Shown here: piece after piece, positions 1 through 8,122 of the stretch
Numbering within the stretch: position 1 is the first letter of the stretch
How the letters are laid out: the number at the start of each line of letters is the position of its first letter
NCBI GenBank assembly: GCA_015056385.1
Contig: SVGI01000002.1
Coordinates: 1,093 to 65,092 of the forward strand
Direction: 5' to 3'
From: Clostridiales bacterium
Lineage (GTDB): Bacteria > Bacillota > Clostridia > HGM11327
DNA: 64,000 nt
The notes under the pieces: model-generated
What the model saw: only the letters and a program-made list of their open reading frames with translations
The model's database searches: none
What the model was told of the DNA's origin: nothing
Translations under genes and position numbers: made by a program

Positions 1-249
1 TATAAGATTTTTACGTCTTATGGGCGAGGTGCATATAGGGCACGGGTCAACGTCTGCCATATTACCGCACACAGAGCAAAAGCCTATGTTTTTACGCACA
101 GACTCCATAGATGAAAGCAGTGCTGAGTAGCTTTCTGTATCCATGGTAAGTATTCTGTAAGCCATTTTTTCGGCGGTTTTCACGCCTATATTAGGCAATT
201 TAGAAAGCTCGTTTACCAGTCTTGAAAAGGTTTGTGAGTATTCAGCCAT
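1..249 (-). CDS. recR: Recombination protein RecR, N-terminal 83 codons (gene continues past the left edge)
   Basis: My reverse-strand translation from the ATG at 249-247 reads MAEYSQTFSRLVNELSKLPNIGVKTAEKMAYRIL...FCSVCGNMADVDPCPIC. This gives a helix-hairpin-helix followed by a C4 zinc finger. It lies directly downstream of dnaX-ybaB, the conserved order. It is partial, so it is absent from the ORF track. Confidence 0.85.
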   Translation of the reverse strand, partial: MAEYSQTFSRLVNELSKLPNIGVKTAEKMAYRILTMDTESYSALLSSMESVRKNIGFCSVCGNMADVDPCPICTSPIRRKNLI

Positions 250-260
250 AATTTAACGGG

Positions 261-599
261 TTATCTCATTCCAGGGATAGAGCCCATGCCTCCTGTAACC
301 TTTGCCATTTCCCTTTGAGACATTTCATCTGCAAGGCGCAAGGATTCGTTAACTGCAGAAATTATAAGGTCGCGAAGCATCTCGGGATCCTCCGGGTCTA
401 TAACAGACTCGTCGATAATAATATCCTGTATGCGCATACCGCCTGTTGCAACAGCCTTAACAACGCCACCGCCTACAGCAGCTTCAACTGTCATGCTTTC
501 GAGAGCCTCTTTTGTTTTTTCGATATCATCCTGCATTTTTCTGGCCTGTTTCATAAGGTCATTCATATTGAAACCGCCGGGGAAGCCACCCTTTGCCAT
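261..599 (-). CDS. ybaB: Nucleoid-associated protein, YbaB/EbfC family
   Basis: 112-aa ORF. The N-terminal FNMNDLMKQARKMQ and the size are typical of the family. It sits between dnaX and recR. Confidence 0.9.
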   Translation of the reverse strand: MAKGGFPGGFNMNDLMKQARKMQDDIEKTKEALESMTVEAAVGGGVVKAVATGGMRIQDIIIDESVIDPEDPEMLRDLIISAVNESLRLADEMSQREMAKVTGGMGSIPGMR

Positions 600-616
600 A
601 AAAATTTCCTCCGTTA

Positions 617-2269
617 TCAGATTATTTCTATTTCAACTCCGCCTAAAATGTCCTTCACCTTTTGGGCCATTTCCAAAACGGAATTATCCTCATTTTGATG
701 CTCTATCGCCGTAACTATGGCAAATTTCATTGCTCTGCCTGTTATAGCCGTAAGCCTATCCTCTATTTCCTTATCACTGTTTTTCTTTTTGAGCAGATTA
801 GCAAACATTTTTGCCCCTGAATCAAAAAGAAGGTTTATCTCATTTTCATTTATAATGCTTACCTTACCCTGCTTAAGCTGCGCAAGGAATGCGCTGTTGC
901 TCTTTTTATACTCTGCCATAAGAACATTCCACGCCTCACGGGCAGGCATACCGCCCTGAGATTCCTGGGATGGGGCTGTATCTGCAGCTTTTGGGGCAGA
1001 CACAGGCCTTTCTTCTTCCTTCTTTTCCTCTGCAGGTGCGGGCTGTTCTTTCTTTATAGCGGACTCACTGTGCTCCTGCGCCTTTGACGACGCCTTTTTA
1101 TTTACTGTTACACCGTTTTCAAAAATCTCATCAACACGGGCAGACAGCTTATCCACACGCTCTGCAAGAATATCAATATTATCCCTTACATCGCTTCTGC
1201 AAATTCTTACAAGAGTTACCTCTGTAAGCACTCTTGGCTGGGCAGAATATTTAAGATCACCTTCAAGCCTTGCAAGAGCTTCTATAGCGTACATAAGCAT
1301 ATTACCGGAGAAAAGATCTACCGCACTTTTATAAAATTCAGCCCTTGTTACACTGTATTCCCTTTCCTCCAGGCCGGAAAGGCGGATCATAAGCATATCC
1401 CTTAAGCAATGTGAAAGCTCAACTATAAAAACGCCAATATCTCTTCCCTGCGAAATAAATTCATCAAGATATCTTAATATAGCAGGCGCATCACCCTTGC
1501 CCAACGCCCTTATAAACGAGAACATAAACTGATCTGACGCGGCACCGATAACGTCGCTTACGTCCTGAGCGGTTATTCTGCCGTGAGCATAGTCGCTGCT
1601 TTGATCCAAAAGGCCCAGAGCATTTCTCATACCGCCGTCTGCCCAACGCGCAATTAAGGAAAGGGCATCGTCGTCCACGTCTATTGACGCCTGCTGAGCA
1701 ACGTATTTAAGCCTTTTTTCCACAACGTCCGGTGTAATGGCTCTGAAATCAAACTTCTGGCAACGTGAAATTATGGTACTCAAAAGCTTATGAGGCTCCG
1801 TAGTTGCAAGGATAAATATAACGTATTCCGGAGGCTCCTCAAGAGTTTTCAAAAGTGCATTTGCCGCGGCAACGGAAAGCATATGAACCTCGTCGATAAT
1901 ATACACCTTATAGTTGCCTAAAGCAGGCATATAGCGGATACGCTCGCGAAGATCACGTATTTCATCAACACCGTTGTTTGATGCGGCGTCTATCTCAACA
2001 ATATCAGCATTTTCATGATTTTTGATTTTCCGGCAATATTCACATTCTCCGCAGGCATCTCCGTTTACGGGAGAAAGGCAGTTTGCCGCTCTTGCAAGAA
2101 CAAGAGCCGTGCTTGTTTTACCTGTTCCGCGGGGACCGCAAAAAAGATAAGCATGAGAAAGCCTTCCGTTTTTTATCTGACTACGGAGAGTACGCACTAT
2201 ATGATCCTGCCCTACTACCTCATCAAATCCGTACGGGCGAAACTTACGGTATAACGAAACGTACTTCAT
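617..2269 (-). CDS. dnaX: DNA polymerase III subunit gamma/tau
   Basis: 550-aa ORF with Walker A GPRGTGKTS, a CGECEYC zinc module, DEVHML Walker B and the SRC motif (IISRCQKF). GAGGG RBS 7 nt before the ATG. Confidence 0.95.
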   Translation of the reverse strand: MKYVSLYRKFRPYGFDEVVGQDHIVRTLRSQIKNGRLSHAYLFCGPRGTGKTSTALVLARAANCLSPVNGDACGECEYCRKIKNHENADIVEIDAASNNGVDEIRDLRERIRYMPALGNYKVYIIDEVHMLSVAAANALLKTLEEPPEYVIFILATTEPHKLLSTIISRCQKFDFRAITPDVVEKRLKYVAQQASIDVDDDALSLIARWADGGMRNALGLLDQSSDYAHGRITAQDVSDVIGAASDQFMFSFIRALGKGDAPAILRYLDEFISQGRDIGVFIVELSHCLRDMLMIRLSGLEEREYSVTRAEFYKSAVDLFSGNMLMYAIEALARLEGDLKYSAQPRVLTEVTLVRICRSDVRDNIDILAERVDKLSARVDEIFENGVTVNKKASSKAQEHSESAIKKEQPAPAEEKKEEERPVSAPKAADTAPSQESQGGMPAREAWNVLMAEYKKSNSAFLAQLKQGKVSIINENEINLLFDSGAKMFANLLKKKNSDKEIEDRLTAITGRAMKFAIVTAIEHQNEDNSVLEMAQKVKDILGGVEIEII

Positions 2270-2305
2270 ATTCTGACCCTCACACGCTTAAAGCAACAAA
2301 TATAA

Positions 2306-2572
2306 AGCCATGCAACCTGCCTTCGTTCGAAATACTACAAGCGATTACTCGACAGTTAACTCTGACCGGGCGAACTTGTGGCGCATCCGGAAATCCGCTT
2401 AGTGCTGCTTCCTTCCGAACCTGACACGGTTCACGGCACCAAATCGCACAAGACCCGATCGTCAACATCACTTACCGAGGTCCGACCTCACAGCATACGA
2501 CCTCAGGCAGGCATTCTACCCCACTATAGCGGATTGTGGGTTCAGGGCACCGCTACCTCCCCATATAGCATG
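2306..2572 (-). ncRNA. ffs: Signal recognition particle RNA, long Bacillus-type (scRNA); ends approximate
   Basis: The reverse strand contains GTCAGGTTCGGAAGGAAGCAGCACTAAG (complement of 2398-2425), the conserved helix-8/domain-IV motif. It also contains GGGGAGGTAGCGGTGCCCTGAACC near the 5' end (the complement of 2551-2562 is its first 12 nt). That matches my recollection of the B. subtilis scRNA Alu-domain start. The location immediately upstream of dnaX matches scr in B. subtilis. Confidence 0.85.
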
Positions 2573-2580
2573 ACTAATTT

Positions 2581-2609
2581 ATTATATCCTAAATTCATAT
2601 TATTTGCAA
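2581..2609 (-). promoter_or_regulatory. Sigma-A-type promoter for the SRP RNA (TTGCAA-17 nt-TATAAT)
   Basis: Reverse strand: TTGCAA (2609-2604), a 17-nt spacer, TATAAT (2586-2581). It is about 8-10 nt upstream of the inferred SRP RNA 5' end. Confidence 0.5.
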
Positions 2610-2626
2610 GTATTACCTTGTTATCC

Positions 2627-2655
2627 TTGACTTTGAATATTGCGGACATTATAAT
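2627..2655 (+). promoter_or_regulatory. Sigma-A-type promoter for folC (TTGACT-17 nt-TATAAT)
   Basis: TTGACT at 2627-2632, a 17-nt spacer, TATAAT at 2650-2655. Divergent from the SRP RNA promoter. Confidence 0.5.
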
Positions 2656-2687
2656 AAATTTAATTCTATACGGTGAGGGTAAATCTG

Positions 2688-3977
2688 ATGACATACGGGC
2701 AGGTGCTTAAATATATAAACGATACCGCGGTTTTCGGCTCGAAGCTTGGTCTGGATAATATTACTGAGCTTTTACGCCGACTTGGCAATCCCCAGAAGGG
2801 CTTTAAGTCCGTTCATATTGCAGGCTCCAACGGAAAGGGCTCCGTTGCTTCGTTTATTTCATTTATACTTGCCGCATCATCGTACAAAACCGGGCTTTTT
2901 ACCTCCCCGCCTATAATTGACGACAGGGAAAGAATATGCCTTGTTACAGATACAAAAAACGAAATCAGCAAGGATGATTTTGCCCTTATCGGTGAAAGGG
3001 TTATCAATAAATGCCTTGAAATGGTGGATGACGGTTTAGACCACCCTACGCAATTCGAGCTATACACAGCCCTTGCATACCTCTATTTTTATGAGGCAGG
3101 TGTTGACGTTGCCGTAATTGAGGTTGGCCTTGGCGGCCGCCTTGATGCAACAAACACCATCACCCCTGATTTAAGCGTTATATGCACAATTTCACTTGAG
3201 CATACCCAATATTTGGGGGACACACTTTCAAAGGTTGCCTATGAAAAGGGCGGAATTATAAAAAACGGAGTGCCCGTTGCTTTGTATAAGGAGCTTCCCG
3301 AAGAGGCTCGCGAAAGGCTTCTTCAGATAGCGGATGAGCGCAATTCCCAGGTATATGACACTGCCCATGCCAATATAGAAATTTTATCCTCAGATTTCAG
3401 CGGCACAACTGCCAATATTTCTTTTGATGATATACAGCTTAACAGCATCCGCATACCCTTACCCGGTGAGCATCAGGTAAAAAACTGTACCCTTGCATTA
3501 GGCGCAATAAAGGCGTTAAAAGATAAGGGATACAGCATATCTCAAGGCAGTATTATTGAGGGCATAAGGCGCACGGTACACAAAGGCAGGTGTGAGGTTG
3601 TAAGCACCTCTCCCCTTGTTATATACGACGGAGCCCACAACCCCGAATGCGCAGGGGTCCTTGCAGATTACGTTGCCAAGAATTTCGAAGGAAAAAGAAA
3701 GGTTTTGGTATTTTCCATGCTTTCGGATAAAGACCAATACCACGCCGCCTGCATATTAAAAAACGTATTCGATAAATTTATAGTTACCCACATAAACACA
3801 TCAAGAGGTGAAAGCCTTGTAAAGCTTTCAGAGCTTTTCAGGGAATGCACCTTTGTTACCCCTGCCGTAAAGGCTGTTGAATACGCAATACAAAACGCCG
3901 AGGAAAACGACGTTATATTCGTTTCAGGCTCCCTTGCCCTTATTGAGGAGATAAATAAGGAAAAATACAAGGAATAA
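2688..3977 (+). CDS. folC: Bifunctional folylpolyglutamate synthase/dihydrofolate synthase
   Basis: Mur-ligase-type P-loop HIAGSNGKGSV, EVGLGGRLDATN and the family's typical N-terminus. I prefer the ATG at 2688 (GAGGG RBS 8 nt upstream) over the track's GTG at 2673. Confidence 0.9.
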   Translation: MTYGQVLKYINDTAVFGSKLGLDNITELLRRLGNPQKGFKSVHIAGSNGKGSVASFISFILAASSYKTGLFTSPPIIDDRERICLVTDTKNEISKDDFALIGERVINKCLEMVDDGLDHPTQFELYTALAYLYFYEAGVDVAVIEVGLGGRLDATNTITPDLSVICTISLEHTQYLGDTLSKVAYEKGGIIKNGVPVALYKELPEEARERLLQIADERNSQVYDTAHANIEILSSDFSGTTANISFDDIQLNSIRIPLPGEHQVKNCTLALGAIKALKDKGYSISQGSIIEGIRRTVHKGRCEVVSTSPLVIYDGAHNPECAGVLADYVAKNFEGKRKVLVFSMLSDKDQYHAACILKNVFDKFIVTHINTSRGESLVKLSELFRECTFVTPAVKAVEYAIQNAEENDVIFVSGSLALIEEINKEKYKE

Positions 3978-4008
3978 TCCGTTTGATTTATATAGATTTA
4001 TAACAGTA

Positions 4009-4050
4009 CAAAAGCCACACCTGAAAATTACAGATGTGGCTTTCGTTTTT
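4009..4050. terminator. Bidirectional rho-independent terminator between convergent folC and the SBP genes
   Basis: Stem AAAGCCACACCTG / CAGATGTGGCTTT (4011-4023 / 4031-4043). It is followed by TCGTTTTT on + and TTTTGT on -. Confidence 0.7.
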
Positions 4051-4077
4051 AAGGAGTATTCATTTTTTCTGTTTTAC

Positions 4078-4160
4078 TTATTTCATAGCGTCCTCATACA
4101 GAGCCTTTCTGTATGCAAGGACAGTTTCATAGCCTGCGGCAATGGCGTCGGCCTTCATTT
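4078..4160. repeat. 3'-end near-identical tract shared by the two SBP genes (copy A)
   Basis: Hand alignment with 5816-5898 shows about 3 mismatches in about 83 nt. Confidence 0.85.
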
Positions 4161-5796
4161 GTGCGTAGCTTTCATCACCCACGTCACCTCTGTAATATGC
4201 ACTTCGCCAATCGCTGCAAATATCGAAAACGTCATCTTCCATTTCCTCTATTTCTTTGGCTGTTTTACCCATTGACTGTGCAACTGCATCTGCATCTCCC
4301 CATACAGGCTCATAACGTGGTTCCATCTTAGATGTTTTTTCTGTGAAAATAGCCTTATACACCTCAGTTTCCCCCTCGTATTCTGTATACATAGAAATGT
4401 GAGATTTATTTTCACTGAATGAGATACCCACTCTATAGTATTCTACAGTTTCTGTTTCATTATTACTCATATAAGACATATCAGGGGTAAGCTCATCATT
4501 ATAATACTTAAGGAATTTGACCTTTCCGTCTACAACCTCATATGAAACGCCCTCTATTCCGTAGAAATATGTTTTTTCACCCTCGGGAGATGCAAACCAA
4601 TTTATAATGTCAATTACTCTATCCTTAAGCTCGGGAGCAGCCTTTGCAGACATAACTACACCTGTACGCGTAAACATAGTTGAGCTATATGCTACAGGCT
4701 CAATACCTTTAGCGCTTGGATCCTCGGGAAGAATAGACCACTCGTAATTTTCGTTTGCCGCCTTTGCAGTATTATTCATTTGTATAAGCTCGGTTACGTT
4801 ATACCACGCAAAAAGAGCCCCGTTATTCTGCAACGCAGAGGCTTTATCAGCATAAGCAGCCTTACCGTTTTCATAACTGTTTCTGTCATAGGCAAACATA
4901 ATCTTTTCGTCCATAAGAGCTTTATAAAGCTTCATAGCCTCAAAGTGTGCATCCTGCATAAGACCGTACACAGGACCATCCTTTCCTAATTTCCAATTAT
5001 TAGTATGTACAACACCGTAGGCATTGAATATAGGCTCTCTTTCAAAATAACCCCACTGCCCCCATTTATCATTCATAGACGGGCCCCAATCATAAAGCAT
5101 TGCGGAGCATCCGGGATTTTCCGACACATAATTTTTCATTATTCTTACAATAGTGTCCAAATCCGAGGGAGGCACATCCGTATTATATCTGGTATCGTAA
5201 TAATTAGAATTATAAAGCCATGTATAATACGCTACCTCGTAATTTCGACCGGGAAGAATATAAAGTTCATCAGTTTCCTTATTAATGTAGGCGGTCCTTG
5301 CATAATCCCAAGCATCTGTAAAGCCACCCCATACGTTATTTATGTAATTATCAAGTCTGCCATTCTCTATGTATTCCATAAAGTCAACGGCATTACTATC
5401 TTTAATTGCATCATTAAAATACTCGCCGTTTTTATCCAATACCGCATTAAAAACAACATCGGGACGGTCTGTGCTATGCCCCAACATAGAAGCGAGCTCC
5501 CACTCATAACCATCTGAAGACATCCCAACCCAATATTTAAGAATCTTAGTACATTTCAAGCCCCAAGTTTCAAGGAAATATTCCACAACGGGCGTTCTTG
5601 TGAAATTACTCTCCGCAGAATCCCGCACTGTTGAAAACTCAAGTATTTTAAGAGGCTCGGGGGTTGTATCGGGCACGTCGGGAGTTGGGGTAGCCTCGGG
5701 AGTGGGGATTATTGTTTCAGTAGGCGCACCAATACATCCGCCAAAGCAAACCAACGCAACTGCCAAAATAAGCATTATTGATATAAGCTTTTTCAT
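4078..5796 (-). CDS. Lipoprotein, large (about 570 aa) extracellular solute-binding protein of ABC carbohydrate-uptake type (LplA/YtcQ-like), copy A
   Basis: Signal peptide with a lipobox (VCFGGC) and a Pro/Thr-rich linker. Length and composition are typical of family-1 large SBPs. The family call rests on general resemblance only. Confidence 0.75.
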   Translation of the reverse strand: MKKLISIMLILAVALVCFGGCIGAPTETIIPTPEATPTPDVPDTTPEPLKILEFSTVRDSAESNFTRTPVVEYFLETWGLKCTKILKYWVGMSSDGYEWELASMLGHSTDRPDVVFNAVLDKNGEYFNDAIKDSNAVDFMEYIENGRLDNYINNVWGGFTDAWDYARTAYINKETDELYILPGRNYEVAYYTWLYNSNYYDTRYNTDVPPSDLDTIVRIMKNYVSENPGCSAMLYDWGPSMNDKWGQWGYFEREPIFNAYGVVHTNNWKLGKDGPVYGLMQDAHFEAMKLYKALMDEKIMFAYDRNSYENGKAAYADKASALQNNGALFAWYNVTELIQMNNTAKAANENYEWSILPEDPSAKGIEPVAYSSTMFTRTGVVMSAKAAPELKDRVIDIINWFASPEGEKTYFYGIEGVSYEVVDGKVKFLKYYNDELTPDMSYMSNNETETVEYYRVGISFSENKSHISMYTEYEGETEVYKAIFTEKTSKMEPRYEPVWGDADAVAQSMGKTAKEIEEMEDDVFDICSDWRSAYYRGDVGDESYAQMKADAIAAGYETVLAYRKALYEDAMK

Positions 5797-5809
5797 GGGT
5801 TTCCTCCTT
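5633..5809. repeat. 5'-end + RBS near-identical tract (copy A)
   Basis: Hand alignment with 7377-7553 shows 5 mismatches in 177 nt. The tract covers the signal peptide, linker and Shine-Dalgarno. Confidence 0.9.
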
Positions 5810-5815
5810 TTTTCA

Positions 5816-5898
5816 TTAGTTCATAGCGTCCTCATACAGAGCCTTTCTGTATGCAAGGACAGTTTCATAGCCTGCGGCAATAGCGTCGGCCTTCATTT
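5816..5898. repeat. 3'-end near-identical tract shared by the two SBP genes (copy B)
   Basis: Hand alignment with 4078-4160. Confidence 0.85.
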
Positions 5899-7540
5899 TT
5901 GTAAAATCAGCATCAGTTGCCTCACCGTTATAATAGGCATTACGCCAGTCTCCGCAGATTTTCATTACGTTATTCTCTATTACTTTTATTTCCTCAACAG
6001 CTTTGCCAACGGCTTGGGCGGCAACGCTTTCATCACCCCAGGCGCCAACATAATTATACTGACCGTTTTCAATCATGGCATTTATTTTCTTATCATAAAT
6101 AACCTTATATTTGTCATACCCTGTTTCATATATTGAATACTTACTCATATGGTCGCTGTTTGCCTTAAAATCAACTCCCACCATATAATATTCCGCGTTA
6201 TTCTTCTCATTAGTACTTTTTCTGATATCCGGAGTAATCTCATCACTGTGGTATTTGATAAATTTCACTTTACCATCCACAAGCTCATATGACAGACCCT
6301 CTATACCAAACTTACAAAGCACTTCTCCCTCAGGAGTTGCACACCAATCGAAATATGCTACAAGCCTATCCCTAAGTTCAAGAGATGCATTTTGAGTTAT
6401 TACGCTACCTCTAAACGCAACAGGAGGGTTGTTATACGATATAGGCGTTTTGCCGTTTAATGCAGGGTCCTCAGGGAGGACTGCCCATTCGTAATTTTCG
6501 TTGGCTTCCTTTGCCCATTTATTATAATCCACCAATGAATTTACGTTGTTCCATGCAAAAAGAGCACCGTTATTCTTGACAGCATCCTCCACGCTTGAGT
6601 ATATACCCTTACCGTTTCGAACGTTTGTTGGATCTTGAGCAAACAATACTCCCTCATCCATAAGGCTTTTATAAATTCGTATGGCATCCAGGTATTCATC
6701 CTGCATAAGGGAGTAGCTTACTGCCCCACCCTGAATTCTCCATTCATTGGAATGAAGAACGCCGCAGGCATTGAATATAGGCTCTCTTTCATAATAGCCC
6801 CACTGACCCCAAGCACTGTTGTTAGAGGGACCCCAATCGTAAAGCATTGCGGAGCATCCCGGATTTTCCGATACAAAATTTTTCATTACTCTTATTATAG
6901 TGTCCAAATCCGAGGGAGGCACATCCGTATTATATCTGGTATCGTAATAATAGGAATTATATAGCCATGAATAATAAGCAGTTTCATAATTCCTTGCCGG
7001 AAGAATGCTAAGCTCATCTGTACTGTGGGTTTTTATTAAAGCCAATACATATTCCCACTTTTCGGGAGCATCACCCCAAATATAGTTCATGTAATTATCC
7101 AAAGCGCCTTTTTCAATATAAGGCATAAAATCTATTATTTTACCGCTTTCACCTATCTCTTTTTGAGTTTGTTCTCCCGTCTGAGGATTAAAGCTGTAGT
7201 TAAATATTACATCGGGAAAATCATTTCCAGCAAATAACCTTAAATAATTATCATCAAGACCCCCCATGTCTGTTATCATCTTTACCACTCCGGTACACTT
7301 AAGGCCCCATTCCTCTAATAAGAATTCTGCACTTTTACCATATCGATAATCCTCTTTGTAATTACCCATAAACGCAGAAAACTCAAGTATTTTAAGGGGC
7401 TCGGGGGTTGTATCGGGCACGTCGGGAGTTGGGGTAGCCTCGGGAGTGGGGATTATTGTTTCAATGGGCGCACCGATACATCCGCCAAAGCAAGCCAACG
7501 CAACTGCCAAAATAAGCATTATTGATATAAGCTTTTTCAT
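5816..7540 (-). CDS. Lipoprotein, large extracellular solute-binding protein, copy B (tandem paralogue)
   Basis: Same architecture as copy A. The first 55 residues differ at only 2 positions, and 23 residues near the C-terminus are identical (only the final residue differs, K vs N). AAGGAGG RBS. Confidence 0.75.
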   Translation of the reverse strand: MKKLISIMLILAVALACFGGCIGAPIETIIPTPEATPTPDVPDTTPEPLKILEFSAFMGNYKEDYRYGKSAEFLLEEWGLKCTGVVKMITDMGGLDDNYLRLFAGNDFPDVIFNYSFNPQTGEQTQKEIGESGKIIDFMPYIEKGALDNYMNYIWGDAPEKWEYVLALIKTHSTDELSILPARNYETAYYSWLYNSYYYDTRYNTDVPPSDLDTIIRVMKNFVSENPGCSAMLYDWGPSNNSAWGQWGYYEREPIFNACGVLHSNEWRIQGGAVSYSLMQDEYLDAIRIYKSLMDEGVLFAQDPTNVRNGKGIYSSVEDAVKNNGALFAWNNVNSLVDYNKWAKEANENYEWAVLPEDPALNGKTPISYNNPPVAFRGSVITQNASLELRDRLVAYFDWCATPEGEVLCKFGIEGLSYELVDGKVKFIKYHSDEITPDIRKSTNEKNNAEYYMVGVDFKANSDHMSKYSIYETGYDKYKVIYDKKINAMIENGQYNYVGAWGDESVAAQAVGKAVEEIKVIENNVMKICGDWRNAYYNGEATDADFTKMKADAIAAGYETVLAYRKALYEDAMN

Positions 7541-7553
7541 GGGTTTCCTCCTT
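7377..7553. repeat. 5'-end + RBS near-identical tract (copy B)
   Basis: Hand alignment with 5633-5809. Confidence 0.9.
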
Positions 7554-7595
7554 AACTGTCCGATTTTACATATTAGCTTACGTCTATTTGTTAAA

Positions 7596-7624
7596 ATTAT
7601 ATCACGTTAATAAATATTTGTCAA
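7596..7624 (-). promoter_or_regulatory. Consensus sigma-A promoter of the SBP tandem (TTGACA-17 nt-TATAAT)
   Basis: Reverse strand: TTGACA (7624-7619), a 17-nt spacer, TATAAT (7601-7596). AT-rich upstream region. About 55 nt upstream of the ATG at 7540. Confidence 0.65.
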
Positions 7625-7635
7625 TATTTATTAAC
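7606..7635. promoter_or_regulatory. Perfect 13-bp inverted repeat (putative operator) centred on the -35 box
   Basis: GTTAATAAATATT (7606-7618), TGTC, AATATTTATTAAC (7623-7635). The arms are exact reverse complements. Confidence 0.55.
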
Positions 7636-7704
7636 AATTAAATGTATGTATAATTCATTTTATTTCGCATTTCGTTATTTTTATTAATAATTACAGCTTG
7701 TTTC

Positions 7705-7741
7705 AGACAACAAAAAGCCACCTGCATAACGTAGGTGGCTT
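7705..7741 (-). terminator. Rho-independent terminator after the YkgJ-like gene
   Basis: Stem AAGCCACCT / AGGTGGCTT (7715-7741), followed on the reverse strand by TTTTTGTTGT. Confidence 0.7.
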
Positions 7742-7754
7742 GAAGCACAAGTAA

Positions 7755-8117
7755 TTATTTGTCCTTTTTATTTACGCTTTCCTCCTGCTCCTTTTTGAGC
7801 CTTAGGTATTCCCTTACAAGAGCCATTGTTTCCTCTGCAGTAAGAGTTTTATCACCCTTACAGCCGTGTGGACATGGCATTATTTCGCTGTTGCCGTATA
7901 TCCTGCAAACGAAGGGGCGCTTTTGATGAACGGTACAACGCCCGTTTTCATCAAGGTAGGGGCATTCTCTTGACGTGTAGGGAAAGCCTCCGCACCTCTC
8001 ACCCTCCTCGGGGGCAAACTGTATATGGTTATCACAGCATTCGTGGCAGCCCTCAAGGCATTCCATAGAAGGAATTTTATCGTATAATTTTTGTATCTCT
8101 GTTTTCTCGGTATCCAT
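7755..8117 (-). CDS. YkgJ-family (CxxCxxCC-type) zinc/iron-chelating domain protein
   Basis: 120 aa with CLEGCHECC near the N-terminus and CPYLDENGRCTVHQKRPFVCRIYG, which matches the family pattern as I recall it. Confidence 0.7.
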   Translation of the reverse strand: MDTEKTEIQKLYDKIPSMECLEGCHECCDNHIQFAPEEGERCGGFPYTSRECPYLDENGRCTVHQKRPFVCRIYGNSEIMPCPHGCKGDKTLTAEETMALVREYLRLKKEQEESVNKKDK

Positions 8118-8122
8118 TTATA

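Noticed and set aside
1040-1070. Possible dnaX programmed -1 frameshift site (A-rich stretch AATAAAAAGG)
   Set aside because: It has only five consecutive A residues, followed by GG. It is not the A-AAA-AAG slippery heptamer, and there is no obvious downstream hairpin.
2083-2710. Three overlapping ORFs (113, 63 and 110 aa) between dnaX and folC
   Set aside because: They overlie the SRP RNA gene and its promoter. They have no RBS and their composition is not protein-like. The conserved SRP helix-8 motif explains the region.
5005-6136. Plus-strand ORFs of 170 and 178 aa across the SBP genes
   Set aside because: They are antisense shadows of the two lipoprotein genes. Their near-identical peptides simply mirror the repeated 5' tracts.
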